Assembly: GCA_040756875.1 (NCBI GenBank)
Contig: JBFLYH010000002.1
Span: forward strand, 510,526-574,525
DNA: 64,000 bases
Direction: 5' to 3'
DNA from: a candidate division FCPU426 bacterium
GTDB lineage: Bacteria; Oederibacteriota; JAAXVQ01; JAUVAV01
A program made the position numbers and the translations under genes. Positions 19,545-31,335 of this stretch are shown piece by piece; position 1 is the first letter of the stretch, and each line of letters begins with the position of its first letter. Below the pieces are notes generated by a model. The model had not been told where the DNA came from. It worked only from the letters and a program-made list of their open reading frames with translations, and did no database searches.

Positions 19545-20076
19545 AAGTCACCAAAGTCATTTCGGCGGACACGGAACCGGTCCCGCCGGTCTGATCGCGC
19601 CCGGTCAGCTGCAGTTCGCGGGCCACGGCCAGCCGCTGGAGTTCGGCCAGGCGGCTGACAAACCGCCCGATATCGTGGTAGTTGCCGCTGATGGTCAGGC
19701 GCACGGCCTGGACCGAATAACGCGCATCCTCCGGATTCGGGGCCAGCGGCTGCGGCGTAAACTGCAGGTTGCTCAGGTTGCACTCCGCCGCGATCCGCGT
19801 GACGTCCTTCAGCAGCTCCGGAATCCGCGGCTGGGCCGGCAGGCGACGGTCCAGCTTTTCGAACTGCAGCCGCGCCGTTTCCACCTCGGCGCTCAGCTCG
19901 GGAAAACGGGCTACCATTTCCTGCGCCTGTTTCCAGGCCTGCTCCTGGCCGGTCAGCAGGCGGCGGTGTTCGGCCAGGCGCCGGGACAGCGGCAGATACG
20001 CGAACAGCAGGTACAGAACCAGCACCGCCACCACCGCGGCGCCGATACCCAGGTACAGCCACCATTCGCGCTTCAC
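19525..20076 (-). CDS. pilO: Type IV pilus assembly protein PilO
   Basis: N-terminal TM, coiled coil, LPAQPRIPELLKDV, GNYHDIGRFVSRL. Confidence 0.88.
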   Translation of the reverse strand: MKREWWLYLGIGAAVVAVLVLYLLFAYLPLSRRLAEHRRLLTGQEQAWKQAQEMVARFPELSAEVETARLQFEKLDRRLPAQPRIPELLKDVTRIAAECNLSNLQFTPQPLAPNPEDARYSVQAVRLTISGNYHDIGRFVSRLAELQRLAVARELQLTGRDQTGGTGSVSAEMTLVTYVRSQP

Positions 20077-20654
20077 GGTTTGGCCTCCGCCGGCGCGGGG
20101 GCGGGTGCATACGCCAGCTTGATCTTGAACTGAACCTGGACCTGATCGTCCGCCGACACCTCGGCCAGGGATTCCAGCATGACGTCGCGGAAACGGCCCG
20201 AGCCTTCCAGCCCGGTCAGAAAATCCGCCACGGAGATTTTATGATAGGCGCGCCCTTCCAGCGTCAGCTGGGGCGGATCCGTTTCCTTGGCCTGCTGCGA
20301 CGTCAGCTTGGTCAGCCACATGTCCGGCTGCACGTGTTCGGACAACTGGTCCAAAATGCTGATCCAGACCGCCTGCGGAACCGTCAGGGACCCCGCCAGG
20401 CGCTTCAGCTCGCCCTGCTTCTTTTCCTGTTCAGCCAGGTGCCGCACCGGTCCCAGCTGGTCCGCCAGCGAAGCCTCGGCGGCCTGGAGCTTCAGCCGCT
20501 GCGCGTCCAGCCGCCGGGTTTGCGACAGCAGGCTGAGCAGCTGCAGCACCAGCAGCAGGGCCAGGACCGAAAGTCCGATGATCAGGTAGGTGGTCAGCTG
20601 CACCACCACCTTGGTTTTGCGGACTTTGAGGGGCAGCAGGTTGATTTTGATCAT
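20073..20654 (-). CDS. pilN: Type IV pilus assembly protein PilN
   Basis: MIKINLLP motif, TM, coiled coil, PDMWLTKL. Confidence 0.92.
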   Translation of the reverse strand: MIKINLLPLKVRKTKVVVQLTTYLIIGLSVLALLLVLQLLSLLSQTRRLDAQRLKLQAAEASLADQLGPVRHLAEQEKKQGELKRLAGSLTVPQAVWISILDQLSEHVQPDMWLTKLTSQQAKETDPPQLTLEGRAYHKISVADFLTGLEGSGRFRDVMLESLAEVSADDQVQVQFKIKLAYAPAPAPAEAKP

Positions 20655-20657
20655 GCG

Positions 20658-21764
20658 CTACTCCGGACTGCGCAGCGCCAAGCCCACGGCGATGTTGAAC
20701 ATCTGGGCGTTGCGCTGAATGAAATCCAGGTCGAACTTCTTGTCCGGGATCAGTATTTCCTTGAAGGGATCGTTGATCTCGACTTTCAGATTGAATTTTT
20801 CCGCCAGGTACTTGTCGAGGTTCTTGAGGCGGGCCGCGCCGCCGGAGAGGACGATGCGCGAAATGGGTTTTTTACGGATCGTGGATTCGTAGTAATCGAA
20901 GGAGCGCTGGATCTCGGCCACCAGCTTGTTGAGCACCGGCGAGATCGCCTCGCCGATCCGGGTGGCATTGTCCTCTTTCTTGGAAATCTCCATCTGCAGG
21001 AGGTCCTCGGACTCCACCAGCACCTGCCCCTCCTGGTTCTTGAGCTCTTCGGCCTGGGCGAAGGTCACGTCGAACTCCCGCTGGATTTCGCGGGTGAAAT
21101 TATTGCCCGCCACGGCCACGTCGCGGGTAAGGTGGGTCACGCCGTTTTCCAAAATGTTAATAGTCGTCAGCTTTGCGCCCACGTTGATGAGGCTGATGGT
21201 TTCGTCGGGAATGCGGCCGTAGTTGGTTTCGAAGGCGTTTTGCAGGGCAAAGGTATCCACGTCGATCACGGACGGAGAGAGGCCGGCCATCTGCAGCAGG
21301 TGGATGTGCTGGTCAATGACGTCCTCTTTGGCCGCCACCAGCAGCACCTCGAGTTTCTGGGCGCCTTCCTCCTCCACCTCGCCCAGGATTTCGAAATCCA
21401 GCACCATCTGGTCGATGGCCAGGGGAATGTATTGCTCCGCCTCGTAGTTGATGACGTTTTTCAGCTCCTCCTCGGGCATGTGCGGCATTTTCACGTAGCG
21501 CACAATCACCGAGTCGCCGGAGATCGCGGTGACCACTTGTTTGGCGGTTATCTGGTTGTCTTTGAAGAGTTGTTTCAGCGTGCGGGCCAGGAGTTCGTCG
21601 CGGACCGCGGGGTCCGCTTCCTCCTGGATTTCAGGCGGCACTTCCAGGAAGGCGAGGTTGACCAGCTGGAGTTGTTCCGGGGTTTTTTTTAGCTGTACGG
21701 CCTTGATCGTGTGCGTGCCGATATCCAGGCCGATCAGGTTCTGGCTTTTGAGAAATTGAAACAC
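20658..21764 (-). CDS. pilM: Type IV pilus assembly protein PilM
   Basis: IGLDIGTHTIKAV, EAEQYIP, LSGGAARL, AVGLALR; GTG start after a strong RBS. Confidence 0.95.
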   Translation of the reverse strand: MFQFLKSQNLIGLDIGTHTIKAVQLKKTPEQLQLVNLAFLEVPPEIQEEADPAVRDELLARTLKQLFKDNQITAKQVVTAISGDSVIVRYVKMPHMPEEELKNVINYEAEQYIPLAIDQMVLDFEILGEVEEEGAQKLEVLLVAAKEDVIDQHIHLLQMAGLSPSVIDVDTFALQNAFETNYGRIPDETISLINVGAKLTTINILENGVTHLTRDVAVAGNNFTREIQREFDVTFAQAEELKNQEGQVLVESEDLLQMEISKKEDNATRIGEAISPVLNKLVAEIQRSFDYYESTIRKKPISRIVLSGGAARLKNLDKYLAEKFNLKVEINDPFKEILIPDKKFDLDFIQRNAQMFNIAVGLALRSPE

Positions 21765-22021
21765 TCGGGTCTCCTCTCCCAAAGCTACCAACAACCTGAA
21801 TGGGGGCCCCCGGACGCTGCCTTCCCGCCAGGAGGACGTGTATCAACCCTGAAAAAACAATACTTTTTTTTCATCATAAATGAAAAGGCATTGAAAAATC
21901 AACCGAAAAAGAGATTTTCGTATAAATGGCCTAAAACGCTTTTACCCCGGAAGAATGCGCTTGATTTACTTGGGTTTTATTAGATGAAAATAAATCCCCC
22001 ACGATACTGTGGGGTTATGGC

Positions 22022-22516
22022 TCATTGATAGCCATAGGTTGTATAGGATTGGCCCTTGGTATCTGTAAGCGAACTGTTGATCCAGATCCGGCCGGTATTG
22101 GATTGCATGGGACCGTCGTATCTCCAACCCGCGCCTTCGCTGCCGGGCTTTCCCAAATCAGGTTCATCGGAAAAGGATTTGTAGGTGACGGTATTCCCGG
22201 CCGGGCCTTTCGAGCGGTCCGGTGGAAAGGTGACTTTGACTTTTGGCATGACCGGAAGATATTCGCCGAACCCGTACCCCGGCGTATGGTCATTGACATC
22301 CAGGGTGGTGGGCCACACGCCCTCGTGATCGCCGTAATAGATGGAGATCGCGGCCTTGATCGCGGCAATGTTGGCCCGCGTAGCCGACTCGTTCGCCTTT
22401 TCGCGCCAGGTCTGCAGATAAGGATAAGCCAGGGCGGCTATGATCCCCAGGATCGCGGCCATGACCGCCAGTTCAATAAAGGTAAAGCCCGCTTCCGGTC
22501 TCCGGCAACTCCGCAT
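22022..22516 (-). CDS. Type IV pilin / GspG-like pseudopilin
   Basis: Class III signal G|FTFIELAVMAAILGIIAALAYP with Glu at +5. Confidence 0.85.
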   Translation of the reverse strand: MRSCRRPEAGFTFIELAVMAAILGIIAALAYPYLQTWREKANESATRANIAAIKAAISIYYGDHEGVWPTTLDVNDHTPGYGFGEYLPVMPKVKVTFPPDRSKGPAGNTVTYKSFSDEPDLGKPGSEGAGWRYDGPMQSNTGRIWINSSLTDTKGQSYTTYGYQ

Positions 22517-22521
22517 GATTG

Positions 22522-23586
22522 CTACATGGTTCCTTTCACCAATTGCTGCAAATCCCGCGGGTCCGTGGTCCGCGAAAAAATCTCGTTGTAGGTCACCAGT
22601 TGTTTTTGGTACAGCTCGTAGAGGGCCTGATTCATGGTCTGCATGCCGTACTCGCCGCCGGTCTGCATCAGCGAATACACCTGGTGTTCCTTCTCTTCGC
22701 GGATCAGGCTCCGGACCGCGGAGGTTGGGATCAGAATCTCGCAGGCCAGCACCCGGCCGGAAGCGTACCCGCGCGGAAGCAATTGCTGGATCAGCACCGC
22801 CTGGAGCACCAGGGACAGCTGCATGCGGACGCGGTATTGCTGGTGCGGTTCGAACGCGTCCACGATCTGGGTGATGGCCTGGACCGAATCCGTGACCGGC
22901 AGGGCTCCGAACACCAGATGCCCGGTCTCCGCCAGCCGCAAGGCCGTGCGCAGGGTGTCGAGGTCGGTCATTTCGCCGAGCAGCACCACGTCGGGGTCGC
23001 AGGAGCGGGTGCTTTTCAGCGCCAGGGTTTGGTTCGGGCTGTCATAACCGATTTCCCGCTGATGCACGATGGCCTTGGCTTTGGCATGCTGGTATTCGAT
23101 CGGATCTTCCAGGGTCAGCACATGCACGGATTTGTTCTGGTTGATCCATTCCACCATGGCGGCCAGGGTGGTGGATTTCCCGGAACCCGTCGGGCCGGCC
23201 ACGATCACCAGGCCTTTGGGCAGCTGGACGATGTCGGAGATGATGGGCGGCAGTCCCAACTCCTCGAACGTGGGCAATTGCAGGGGAATGCCGCGCAGGT
23301 TGGCCGCCACCATGCCGCGCTGTTTGATGACCTGCATGCGGACCCGCCCGATATTCTCCAGGCTGAAGGACACTTTGAGCTCCGCATCCCGCTCGAAACG
23401 GGCGCGCTGCTCGTCCGTAAGCACGCTGAACACCAAGGCCGCGCAGGCCGTGGGCTGCAGCACTTCCAGGTCCGTGGGAACCAGTTCGCCGTCGATGCGC
23501 AGGGCCGGGGGGGAATCAGGGGAGAGATGCAGATCCGAGGCTTTCTTCTCGAACATCAGCCGAATCAAGGCATCCATGGTCAGCAT
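22522..23586 (-). CDS. pilT: PilT/PilU-family retraction ATPase (divergent)
   Basis: ASDLHL, GPTGSGKST, EDPIE, DPDVVLLGE, AVRSLIRE, GMQTM. Confidence 0.85.
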   Translation of the reverse strand: MLTMDALIRLMFEKKASDLHLSPDSPPALRIDGELVPTDLEVLQPTACAALVFSVLTDEQRARFERDAELKVSFSLENIGRVRMQVIKQRGMVAANLRGIPLQLPTFEELGLPPIISDIVQLPKGLVIVAGPTGSGKSTTLAAMVEWINQNKSVHVLTLEDPIEYQHAKAKAIVHQREIGYDSPNQTLALKSTRSCDPDVVLLGEMTDLDTLRTALRLAETGHLVFGALPVTDSVQAITQIVDAFEPHQQYRVRMQLSLVLQAVLIQQLLPRGYASGRVLACEILIPTSAVRSLIREEKEHQVYSLMQTGGEYGMQTMNQALYELYQKQLVTYNEIFSRTTDPRDLQQLVKGTM

Positions 23587-23655
23587 AAAGAGGCCCTCCG
23601 CAGCGTTTGCCAATGGGGCAAACTCATTTCACCTTACACTAAGTAACGGTGTTTT

Positions 23656-24552
23656 TCAAATCTCTTTTAACCCGCCGGCGGACAGCAATGCTTCCTGCAT
23701 AAGCTTCACGGGCGGTTGTTTGCCCGTCCACAGCCGGAAAGCCTCGGCGCCCTGGCCCAGCAGCATTTTCCAACCCGGAACCACGCGGTTCCGGCGGCGT
23801 TTGGCCAATCGCAGAAACGGCGTCAGCTGTCTGCCATACACCAAGTCATAGACGCAAATGCCTTCCGGCATCCATGGCTCGGGCAGGGGCAGGGGGTCCC
23901 TGGCTTGCAGTCCCAGGGGAGTGGCCTGCACCAGCAAGGCGCACCGGTCCAGGGCACTCCGCAGTTCCGCGGTTCCCGGACGCGCCGCCACGACGGCGGA
24001 ATAGCCCAGCCGCTGCTTCAAGTCGCGGATCAGGCGGTTCCGGCGTCCTGAATCCGGCTCCACCAAGGTGATCCGGGCCGCGCCGGCCTGAGCCAGTGAA
24101 AACGCCACAGCACGTCCCGCGCCGCCGCCGCCCAACAGCACGACCTGCAGGCCCTGCGGCGCCAATATGCCTTTCAGGCTGGCCAGGAACCCGAACCCGT
24201 CCGTATTGTGCCCGATCCAGCGGCCAGCGCGGCACACCACCGTATTGACCGCCCCCATGACGCTCGCGCTGGCGGCCAGTCCGTCGAGCAGCGGGATGAC
24301 GGCTTCCTTGTGCGGGACCGTGATGTTCAAGCCCGCGGGCTCCAGCGGCCGCAGGCCCCGGCAAAAAGCGGCCAAGCCGGCTGGCGACACTCCCAAGGGC
24401 AGGTAGGCGACGTTCAAGCCGTGATGTCTGAACGCCGCGTTCTGCATGGCCGGGGACAGGGTATGCCCGATGGGCCAGCCCACCACGCCGGCCAGGCGGG
24501 TGTGCCCGTTGATTCCCGTTTTTTCCCGCTGTGAAGCAATGCGCTTGTTCAT
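23656..24552 (-). CDS. aroE: Shikimate dehydrogenase
   Basis: HTLSPAMQN, NITVPHKE, GAVNT, NTDGFG, GGGGAGRA. Confidence 0.95.
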   Translation of the reverse strand: MNKRIASQREKTGINGHTRLAGVVGWPIGHTLSPAMQNAAFRHHGLNVAYLPLGVSPAGLAAFCRGLRPLEPAGLNITVPHKEAVIPLLDGLAASASVMGAVNTVVCRAGRWIGHNTDGFGFLASLKGILAPQGLQVVLLGGGGAGRAVAFSLAQAGAARITLVEPDSGRRNRLIRDLKQRLGYSAVVAARPGTAELRSALDRCALLVQATPLGLQARDPLPLPEPWMPEGICVYDLVYGRQLTPFLRLAKRRRNRVVPGWKMLLGQGAEAFRLWTGKQPPVKLMQEALLSAGGLKEI

Positions 24553-25289
24553 CCCAGGTCTCCCCATAAAAATTGCGCCAAGGCCACGGCCACGATGCCC
24601 GCGGTTTCCGTGCGGAGGATGCGCGGGCCCATTCCCAGCGTCCGCAGGCCGCGCTGACGGGCCAGCGCCAGTTCTTCAGGCGCAAATCCGCCCTCCGGAC
24701 CCACCCACAACCCCACGGTTTTCGGCGCTTGGCCGACCAGGCCGGTTGCGTTCAAGGCCGGGGCCGCGCTGTCTTCGTCCAGAATCAGCCCCAGACCGCC
24801 GGCTGGTAGGTCTTCAAGACTGGCGGCAAACGTCAACGGCGGGCTCACTTCAGGCAACCGGGTGCGCCCGCACTGGCGCGCAGCCTGGCGCACGATCTCC
24901 TCCCACCGGCGCTGCTGGGGATGGGGCCCCGGAGCCCAGGCGCCCTGGGAACGGGCGGCCACCACGGGCACGAAACGGGACAGTCCCAGTTCCGTGGCTT
25001 TTTGCAGGACCAGCTCCAACTTGCTGCCGCGCGCCATTCCCTGGTACAGGGTCAGGGACAACGCCGACTCGGCGTTTCGCCCTGTCTCCGCTCCCAGCTC
25101 GATCTCCACGAAGCGCCGGTCCCACCGGACCAGCGTGGCGGCGACTTCCCGCCCCTGGCCGTCGGTGACCAGCAGGGCTTCCCCGACTTTCAGGCGCAGG
25201 CTGCGGCAATGGTGCAGTTCGGGACCGGTCAGGCGCAAAGATCTTTCGGCCAACTGCTGTGGCGTGAGCACCAGGCGCGGCAGGGACAT
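24549..25289 (-). CDS. rsmE: 16S rRNA m3U1498 methyltransferase
   Basis: QKATELG, VGPEGGF, GPRILRTETA. Confidence 0.95.
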   Translation of the reverse strand: MSLPRLVLTPQQLAERSLRLTGPELHHCRSLRLKVGEALLVTDGQGREVAATLVRWDRRFVEIELGAETGRNAESALSLTLYQGMARGSKLELVLQKATELGLSRFVPVVAARSQGAWAPGPHPQQRRWEEIVRQAARQCGRTRLPEVSPPLTFAASLEDLPAGGLGLILDEDSAAPALNATGLVGQAPKTVGLWVGPEGGFAPEELALARQRGLRTLGMGPRILRTETAGIVAVALAQFLWGDLG

Positions 25290-25299
25290 GGACGGCCCG

Positions 25300-26355
25300 T
25301 CACCACGCGGGGTCGAAGCAGGTTCCGTTTTGGGTCAGGCGGCGCTGGCGGGTGCCGTTGATGCTCATGATCCAAACATCCGAGGCCACCGCCTGGTCTC
25401 CCGATCCCACCTGGCCTTCATGGGTGACGCCCATGATGCAGGCGATCTGGTTGCAACTGGGCGAGAACGACGGGCAGGAAAGTTCGCCGGAAAAATCCTG
25501 GGGAACCACGGTGTATACCTGAAGGTCGAGCCCAAAGGACTTTGACATGACGATGATGATCTTGTCCAGTTCAAACGCCACCAACTGACCGTCATAGGAC
25601 CAAACGATCGACCCCAGGTGGAAAGACCCCTTTTGAAAGGGACGCATGAGGTCGGTTTCCATCTTGCCATCCCGGCGGATAGTGCCCACATGCAGGACAT
25701 TGTCCTTCTTGGCCGGGCCGGAGCCGCCCAAATAAGACAGGTCCGGTGACAGGGAGTGCACTTCGGTCAGGAAACTGTTCTTGGGCAGGCGGATGGTTTC
25801 CACCTGGGAGCCGGTGGCCACATCATACCCGTAGAGAATCGAGGGAAAATCGATTTCCTGCACGTACAGCACTGTGTTGTCCGGTTTCCAGCAGGCCCGC
25901 AGCCGGCGGGCGTCAATCCGCTTGCCGCTTACCACGGCCCGCGCGCCGCTGCCGTCGGCCTGCATGACCATCAGCGACACCTCGTCGCCCAGGGGGCGAT
26001 CGTCCGGATATTGATAAAAAACGATTTGGGTGTGCTGCAGGTTCCAAACCGGGCGGGTTTTATAGCCTGCATCGCGCGTGAGCTGGACGATGTCCGTTCC
26101 ATCCGGCTTGATCGAAAAAATCTGCGCCTGGCCGCCGGCCATGGCCACGTACAGGATGCGCGCGGTGTCATCCACGCCGGCCAGGTATTTGGACAATCCC
26201 GACCGCTGCAATTCCGCCTGGCGCTTGATCGCCCGTGCTTTTTTGAACCGTTCGGCGGTGTAGCTGCCCTCCTGCATGGGATTGCAGGCCGAAAGCGACC
26301 AGGCCAAACCGGCCAGCATCCATCCGACGAGCAGACGGCGCAGAAGGTTGGTCAT
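25300..26355 (-). CDS. TolB-like beta-propeller lipoprotein
   Basis: Lipobox LSAC; PD40-like repeats (IKPDGTDIVQLT, WSYDGQLVAF, FSPSCNQIA, FDPAW). Confidence 0.75.
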   Translation of the reverse strand: MTNLLRRLLVGWMLAGLAWSLSACNPMQEGSYTAERFKKARAIKRQAELQRSGLSKYLAGVDDTARILYVAMAGGQAQIFSIKPDGTDIVQLTRDAGYKTRPVWNLQHTQIVFYQYPDDRPLGDEVSLMVMQADGSGARAVVSGKRIDARRLRACWKPDNTVLYVQEIDFPSILYGYDVATGSQVETIRLPKNSFLTEVHSLSPDLSYLGGSGPAKKDNVLHVGTIRRDGKMETDLMRPFQKGSFHLGSIVWSYDGQLVAFELDKIIIVMSKSFGLDLQVYTVVPQDFSGELSCPSFSPSCNQIACIMGVTHEGQVGSGDQAVASDVWIMSINGTRQRRLTQNGTCFDPAW

Positions 26356-26380
26356 GATATAAAGCTCCTCTCCTCGGGCC

Positions 26381-27544
<1,164 letters not shown>

Positions 27545-27626
27545 TTAATAAAAAGACCGCGGGCGCGGCCGGTTGGCTCGACGCGCCGCGGTCAGAAAAT
27601 CACCGTGACCCCCCCCGACGGTCCGA

Positions 27627-29537
27627 TCAGGCTTTCTCTTCCGGCCGGTCCTGGGATTTGAACTCCGCATCCACCACGTTTTCTTCGGTACCCGGTTGCG
27701 GGTTCCCGGGTTCGGCTTGCGCCTTGCCGGCCGACTGCGTGGCGCGCGCGTAAACCGCTTCGCCGAGCTTTTGCGCCAGCTTTTCGACCTTGCCGCAGGC
27801 CGCCGTGATCGCGTCGTTGTCATCGCCGGCCAGGGCCTTTTTCAGCTCTTCGACGGACTTCTTCACCTGGTCGCGGACTTGTTCGTCCACTTTATCACTG
27901 TGCTCGGCCAGGATTTTTTCCGTATTGTAAACCAGCGCGTCGCCCCGGTTGCGGGCCTCGGCCGTCTGCTGACGTTTGACGTCGTCTTCCGCGTGGCTCT
28001 CCGCTTCCTTGACCATGCGGTCAATGTCCTTCTGGTCCAGGCCGGAACTGGCCGTAATGGTGATTTTCTGTTCGCGTCCGGTTCCCAGATCCTTGGCCGA
28101 AACATGCACGATGCCGTTGGCGTCGATGTCAAACGTGACTTCGATCTGCGGTACGCCGCGCGGGGCCGGCGGAATGCCTGTCAGGTCGAAGCGGCCCAGC
28201 GTCCGGTTGTCGTCGGCCATCTTGCGCTCGCCCTGCAGGACCCGGATGGAGACCGTAGTCTGGCTGTCCGAGGCGGTCGAGAATATCTGGCTCTTTTTGG
28301 TCGGGATGGTGGTATTGCGCGGAATGAGCTCGGTGCTTACGCCGCCCAGGGTCTCGATGCCGAGGGTCAGGGGCGTCACGTCCAGCAGCAGCACATCCTT
28401 GACCTCTCCCTTGAGCACTCCGGCCTGGATGGCCGCGCCCACGGCCACGACCTCGTCGGGATTCACGCCTTTGTGCGGTTCGCGGCCGAAAAACTCCTTC
28501 ACTTTCTGCTGCACCAGGGGCATGCGCGTTTGGCCGCCCACCAGCACCACTTCCTGGATGTCGCCCGGCTTAAGGCCGGCATCCTCCAGGGCCCGCTGCA
28601 TGGGCTGAATGGTCCGTTCCACCAGGTGCGCGGTCAACTGTTCCAGCTTCGCGCGCGTCAGCGTAGTGGTGAGATGCTTGGGGCCCGAGGCGTCCGCCGT
28701 GATAAAGGGCAGGTTGATCTCGGTTTGCAGCATGCTGGAGAGCTCGCACTTGGCTTTTTCCCCGCCCTCTTTCAACCGCTGCAAGGCCATCTTGTCCTGG
28801 CGCAGGTCGATGCCGTAGTTCTGTTTGAAGTCGTCCGCCAGCCAGTTGATGATCACCTGGTCGAAATCGTCGCCGCCCAGGTGGGTGTCGCCGTTGGTGG
28901 ACTTGACCTCGAACACGCCGTCGCCCAGCTCCAGGATGGAAATATCGTAGGTGCCGCCGCCCAGGTCGTAGACCGCGATTTTCTGGGCCTTCTTTTTCTC
29001 CAACCCGTACGCCAGGGAGGCGGCCGTGGGTTCGTTGATGATGCGCAGCACGTTGAGCCCGGCGATCTTGCCCGCGTCCTTGGTGGCCTGGCGCTGGCTG
29101 TCGTTGAAGTAGGCCGGCACCGTGATCACCGCCTCGGCCACGGGCTCGCCCAAAAAGGCCTCGGCGTCGGTCTTGAGCTTTTGCAGAATCATGGCCGAAA
29201 TTTCCGGCGGCGCGTACTGCTTGCCCATGACTTCGACGCGGACATCGCCGTTGGAGGCGGCTACGGTGTGGTAGGGGACGATTTTTTCCTCTTCGGTCGC
29301 CTCGTTGAAACGCCGGCCCATGAACCGTTTGATGGAAAAAACGGTGTTTTCGGGGTTGGTGATCGCCTGGCGTTTGGCCACCTGGCCGACTAGGCGCTCC
29401 TGGTTTTTGGCGAAGCCCACGACCGAGGGAGTGGTCCGCGCGCCTTCGGCGCTGGGGATGACCACCGGTTCCCCGCCTTGCATGACCGCCACGCAGGAAT
29501 TGGTCGTTCCCAGATCGATGCCGATGACTTTACCCAT
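27627..29537 (-). CDS. dnaK: Chaperone DnaK
   Basis: [33 protein letters not shown]. Confidence 0.99.
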   Translation of the reverse strand: MGKVIGIDLGTTNSCVAVMQGGEPVVIPSAEGARTTPSVVGFAKNQERLVGQVAKRQAITNPENTVFSIKRFMGRRFNEATEEEKIVPYHTVAASNGDVRVEVMGKQYAPPEISAMILQKLKTDAEAFLGEPVAEAVITVPAYFNDSQRQATKDAGKIAGLNVLRIINEPTAASLAYGLEKKKAQKIAVYDLGGGTYDISILELGDGVFEVKSTNGDTHLGGDDFDQVIINWLADDFKQNYGIDLRQDKMALQRLKEGGEKAKCELSSMLQTEINLPFITADASGPKHLTTTLTRAKLEQLTAHLVERTIQPMQRALEDAGLKPGDIQEVVLVGGQTRMPLVQQKVKEFFGREPHKGVNPDEVVAVGAAIQAGVLKGEVKDVLLLDVTPLTLGIETLGGVSTELIPRNTTIPTKKSQIFSTASDSQTTVSIRVLQGERKMADDNRTLGRFDLTGIPPAPRGVPQIEVTFDIDANGIVHVSAKDLGTGREQKITITASSGLDQKDIDRMVKEAESHAEDDVKRQQTAEARNRGDALVYNTEKILAEHSDKVDEQVRDQVKKSVEELKKALAGDDNDAITAACGKVEKLAQKLGEAVYARATQSAGKAQAEPGNPQPGTEENVVDAEFKSQDRPEEKA

Positions 29538-29629
29538 GAAAGTCGTTCCTTTCGCCGCGAAACGGGAACCTTCCCGGACGCCGCAAAAAAATGTCCCGCG
29601 TTTTCATCCGCGGGTCTCATGCGAAGGGA

Positions 29630-30265
29630 TCAGTGCTTGGCCACTTTCACCATGGCCGGGCGGACGACTTTGCCGTTGAGGGTGTACCCTTTTTGCAGGA
29701 TCTCCACCACCGTATCGTCCGGAATGCTTTTGTCTTCGACGCGCTGCAGAGCCTGGTGAATGGCCGGGTTGAAGGCGCAGGGGGCTTCGGCGATGCGCGT
29801 GATCCCCAATTTTTCCAGCGCGGTCACGAATTGCCGGTGGATCAGCTCCACGCCCTCGGTGATCTTTTTCACTTCCGTCGCTTCCGCTGCGTGGGCGAGC
29901 GTGCGCTCCAGATTGTCCAGCACCGGCAGGATCTCCAGCAGCAAGTCCTCGCCGGCATAGCGCATGAGCTCCGCCCGTTCCCGGCCGACGCGTTTCTTGT
30001 AATTCTCCAACTCGGCCAGGGCCCGCAAGTAGCGGTCATAGTTGAGGTTGGCCTTTTCGTCCAACTCCTTGAGTTTGGCCCGCAACGCGGTCAGTTCGTC
30101 ACCCGTCGCTTCTCCGCCCGGCAGATCCTCGACTTCTTCGCCGAAAGCTTTGGTCGGGTCCTGGCTGCCGGGAAACGGGTTGTTGGTCGCCACCTTGCCG
30201 TGTTCCTGGGCCTGAGGGTGCGGGGCGGATTTCGGGGCTTCGTCCTCGGGGTTATCGTACCACAC
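29630..30265 (-). CDS. grpE: Nucleotide exchange factor GrpE
   Basis: [36 protein letters not shown]. Confidence 0.96.
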   Translation of the reverse strand: MWYDNPEDEAPKSAPHPQAQEHGKVATNNPFPGSQDPTKAFGEEVEDLPGGEATGDELTALRAKLKELDEKANLNYDRYLRALAELENYKKRVGRERAELMRYAGEDLLLEILPVLDNLERTLAHAAEATEVKKITEGVELIHRQFVTALEKLGITRIAEAPCAFNPAIHQALQRVEDKSIPDDTVVEILQKGYTLNGKVVRPAMVKVAKH

Positions 30266-31316
30266 GGTCTGACTCCCTTTGGGATGGTGCGGCCTGGGCG
30301 TACGCCAACGCCTGCGCGGCCGTATTCACAAGCGGAATGATCCTCTGATACGCCATGCGCCGGGGTCCGATCACGCCGATGCAGACCCATTCGCCGGCGC
30401 TGCCCAGCGGCACGGTCTCGGTGATGAACGCCAGCGCCGACAAGGGGCCGGCGGCGTCCTCGCCAAACACGACCCGGACGCCTTCGCGCTCGATGCCCGG
30501 CGCCTCGAAAGACCGCAGCAGATCCTCGCGGCGGTCCAACATGGCGATCAGGCGGCGCGTGGCGGCCAGATCGTTGAATTCAGGCTGCTGAATCAGGTTG
30601 CTGGCGCCTTCCATCACCACTTCGGACCGGCGATGGGCCTGCAACTGCGCCACGGCCCAGGCCAGCGCCCGCTGCAACCAGGTGGCCAGACGCCGATCCG
30701 TGCCCGGCCAGGGTGACCGCGACAGTTGCTCCAGCTCGGAAGCCGTAAGCCCGCGGCCCCGTTCATTGATCAGCCGGGTCGCATGTTCCAGGAGATCCAG
30801 GTTGACCTGCTCGCCCAGATCCACCACTTGGCGGAAAACCGCGTCCGACTGGGTCTCCACCGCCAGCAAGACTCGCCGGCTGGCCAGTCGGTAAAGCTGA
30901 ATGCGCTTGAGCCGTTCGCCCGCCTGCGCGGGCAGCCAGCTCACCGCCAGCAATTGGGACGTGACGGCCAGCACCTGGGCCGTAACCTGGATCAGGTCTT
31001 CGCGTTCCTGGACTTGCTTCAGGATTTCAAAAGCCGAAAGCCGGGAATTTCCGGCGTGCCGGGGCACTTGTTTGAGCAGATGCTCAACGAAATAACGGTA
31101 GGCGCGCCCCGTGGGGACTTTCCCGGACGAAGTGTAGGGATGCTCCAGATAGCCGGCGGCTTCGAGCCTGGCCAGCACGTTGCGGACGGTGGCCGAGCTC
31201 CAGTCCAGCCCGTAGTGCACGCAGAGTTCCTGCGAACTGACCGGCTCGGCGGTCGCGATGTGCCTTTCGATCAAGGCCCCCAGCAGAATGTGGTCCCGTT
31301 CGTTCAGCAAGGTCAT
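30252..31316 (-). CDS. hrcA: Heat-inducible transcription repressor HrcA
   Basis: EPVSS, SSATVRN, HPYTSSGKVPT, GVIGPRRMAY. Confidence 0.93.
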   Translation of the reverse strand: MTLLNERDHILLGALIERHIATAEPVSSQELCVHYGLDWSSATVRNVLARLEAAGYLEHPYTSSGKVPTGRAYRYFVEHLLKQVPRHAGNSRLSAFEILKQVQEREDLIQVTAQVLAVTSQLLAVSWLPAQAGERLKRIQLYRLASRRVLLAVETQSDAVFRQVVDLGEQVNLDLLEHATRLINERGRGLTASELEQLSRSPWPGTDRRLATWLQRALAWAVAQLQAHRRSEVVMEGASNLIQQPEFNDLAATRRLIAMLDRREDLLRSFEAPGIEREGVRVVFGEDAAGPLSALAFITETVPLGSAGEWVCIGVIGPRRMAYQRIIPLVNTAAQALAYAQAAPSQRESDRVVR

Positions 31317-31335
31317 AGGCGCAAGCGGCTCCCAA

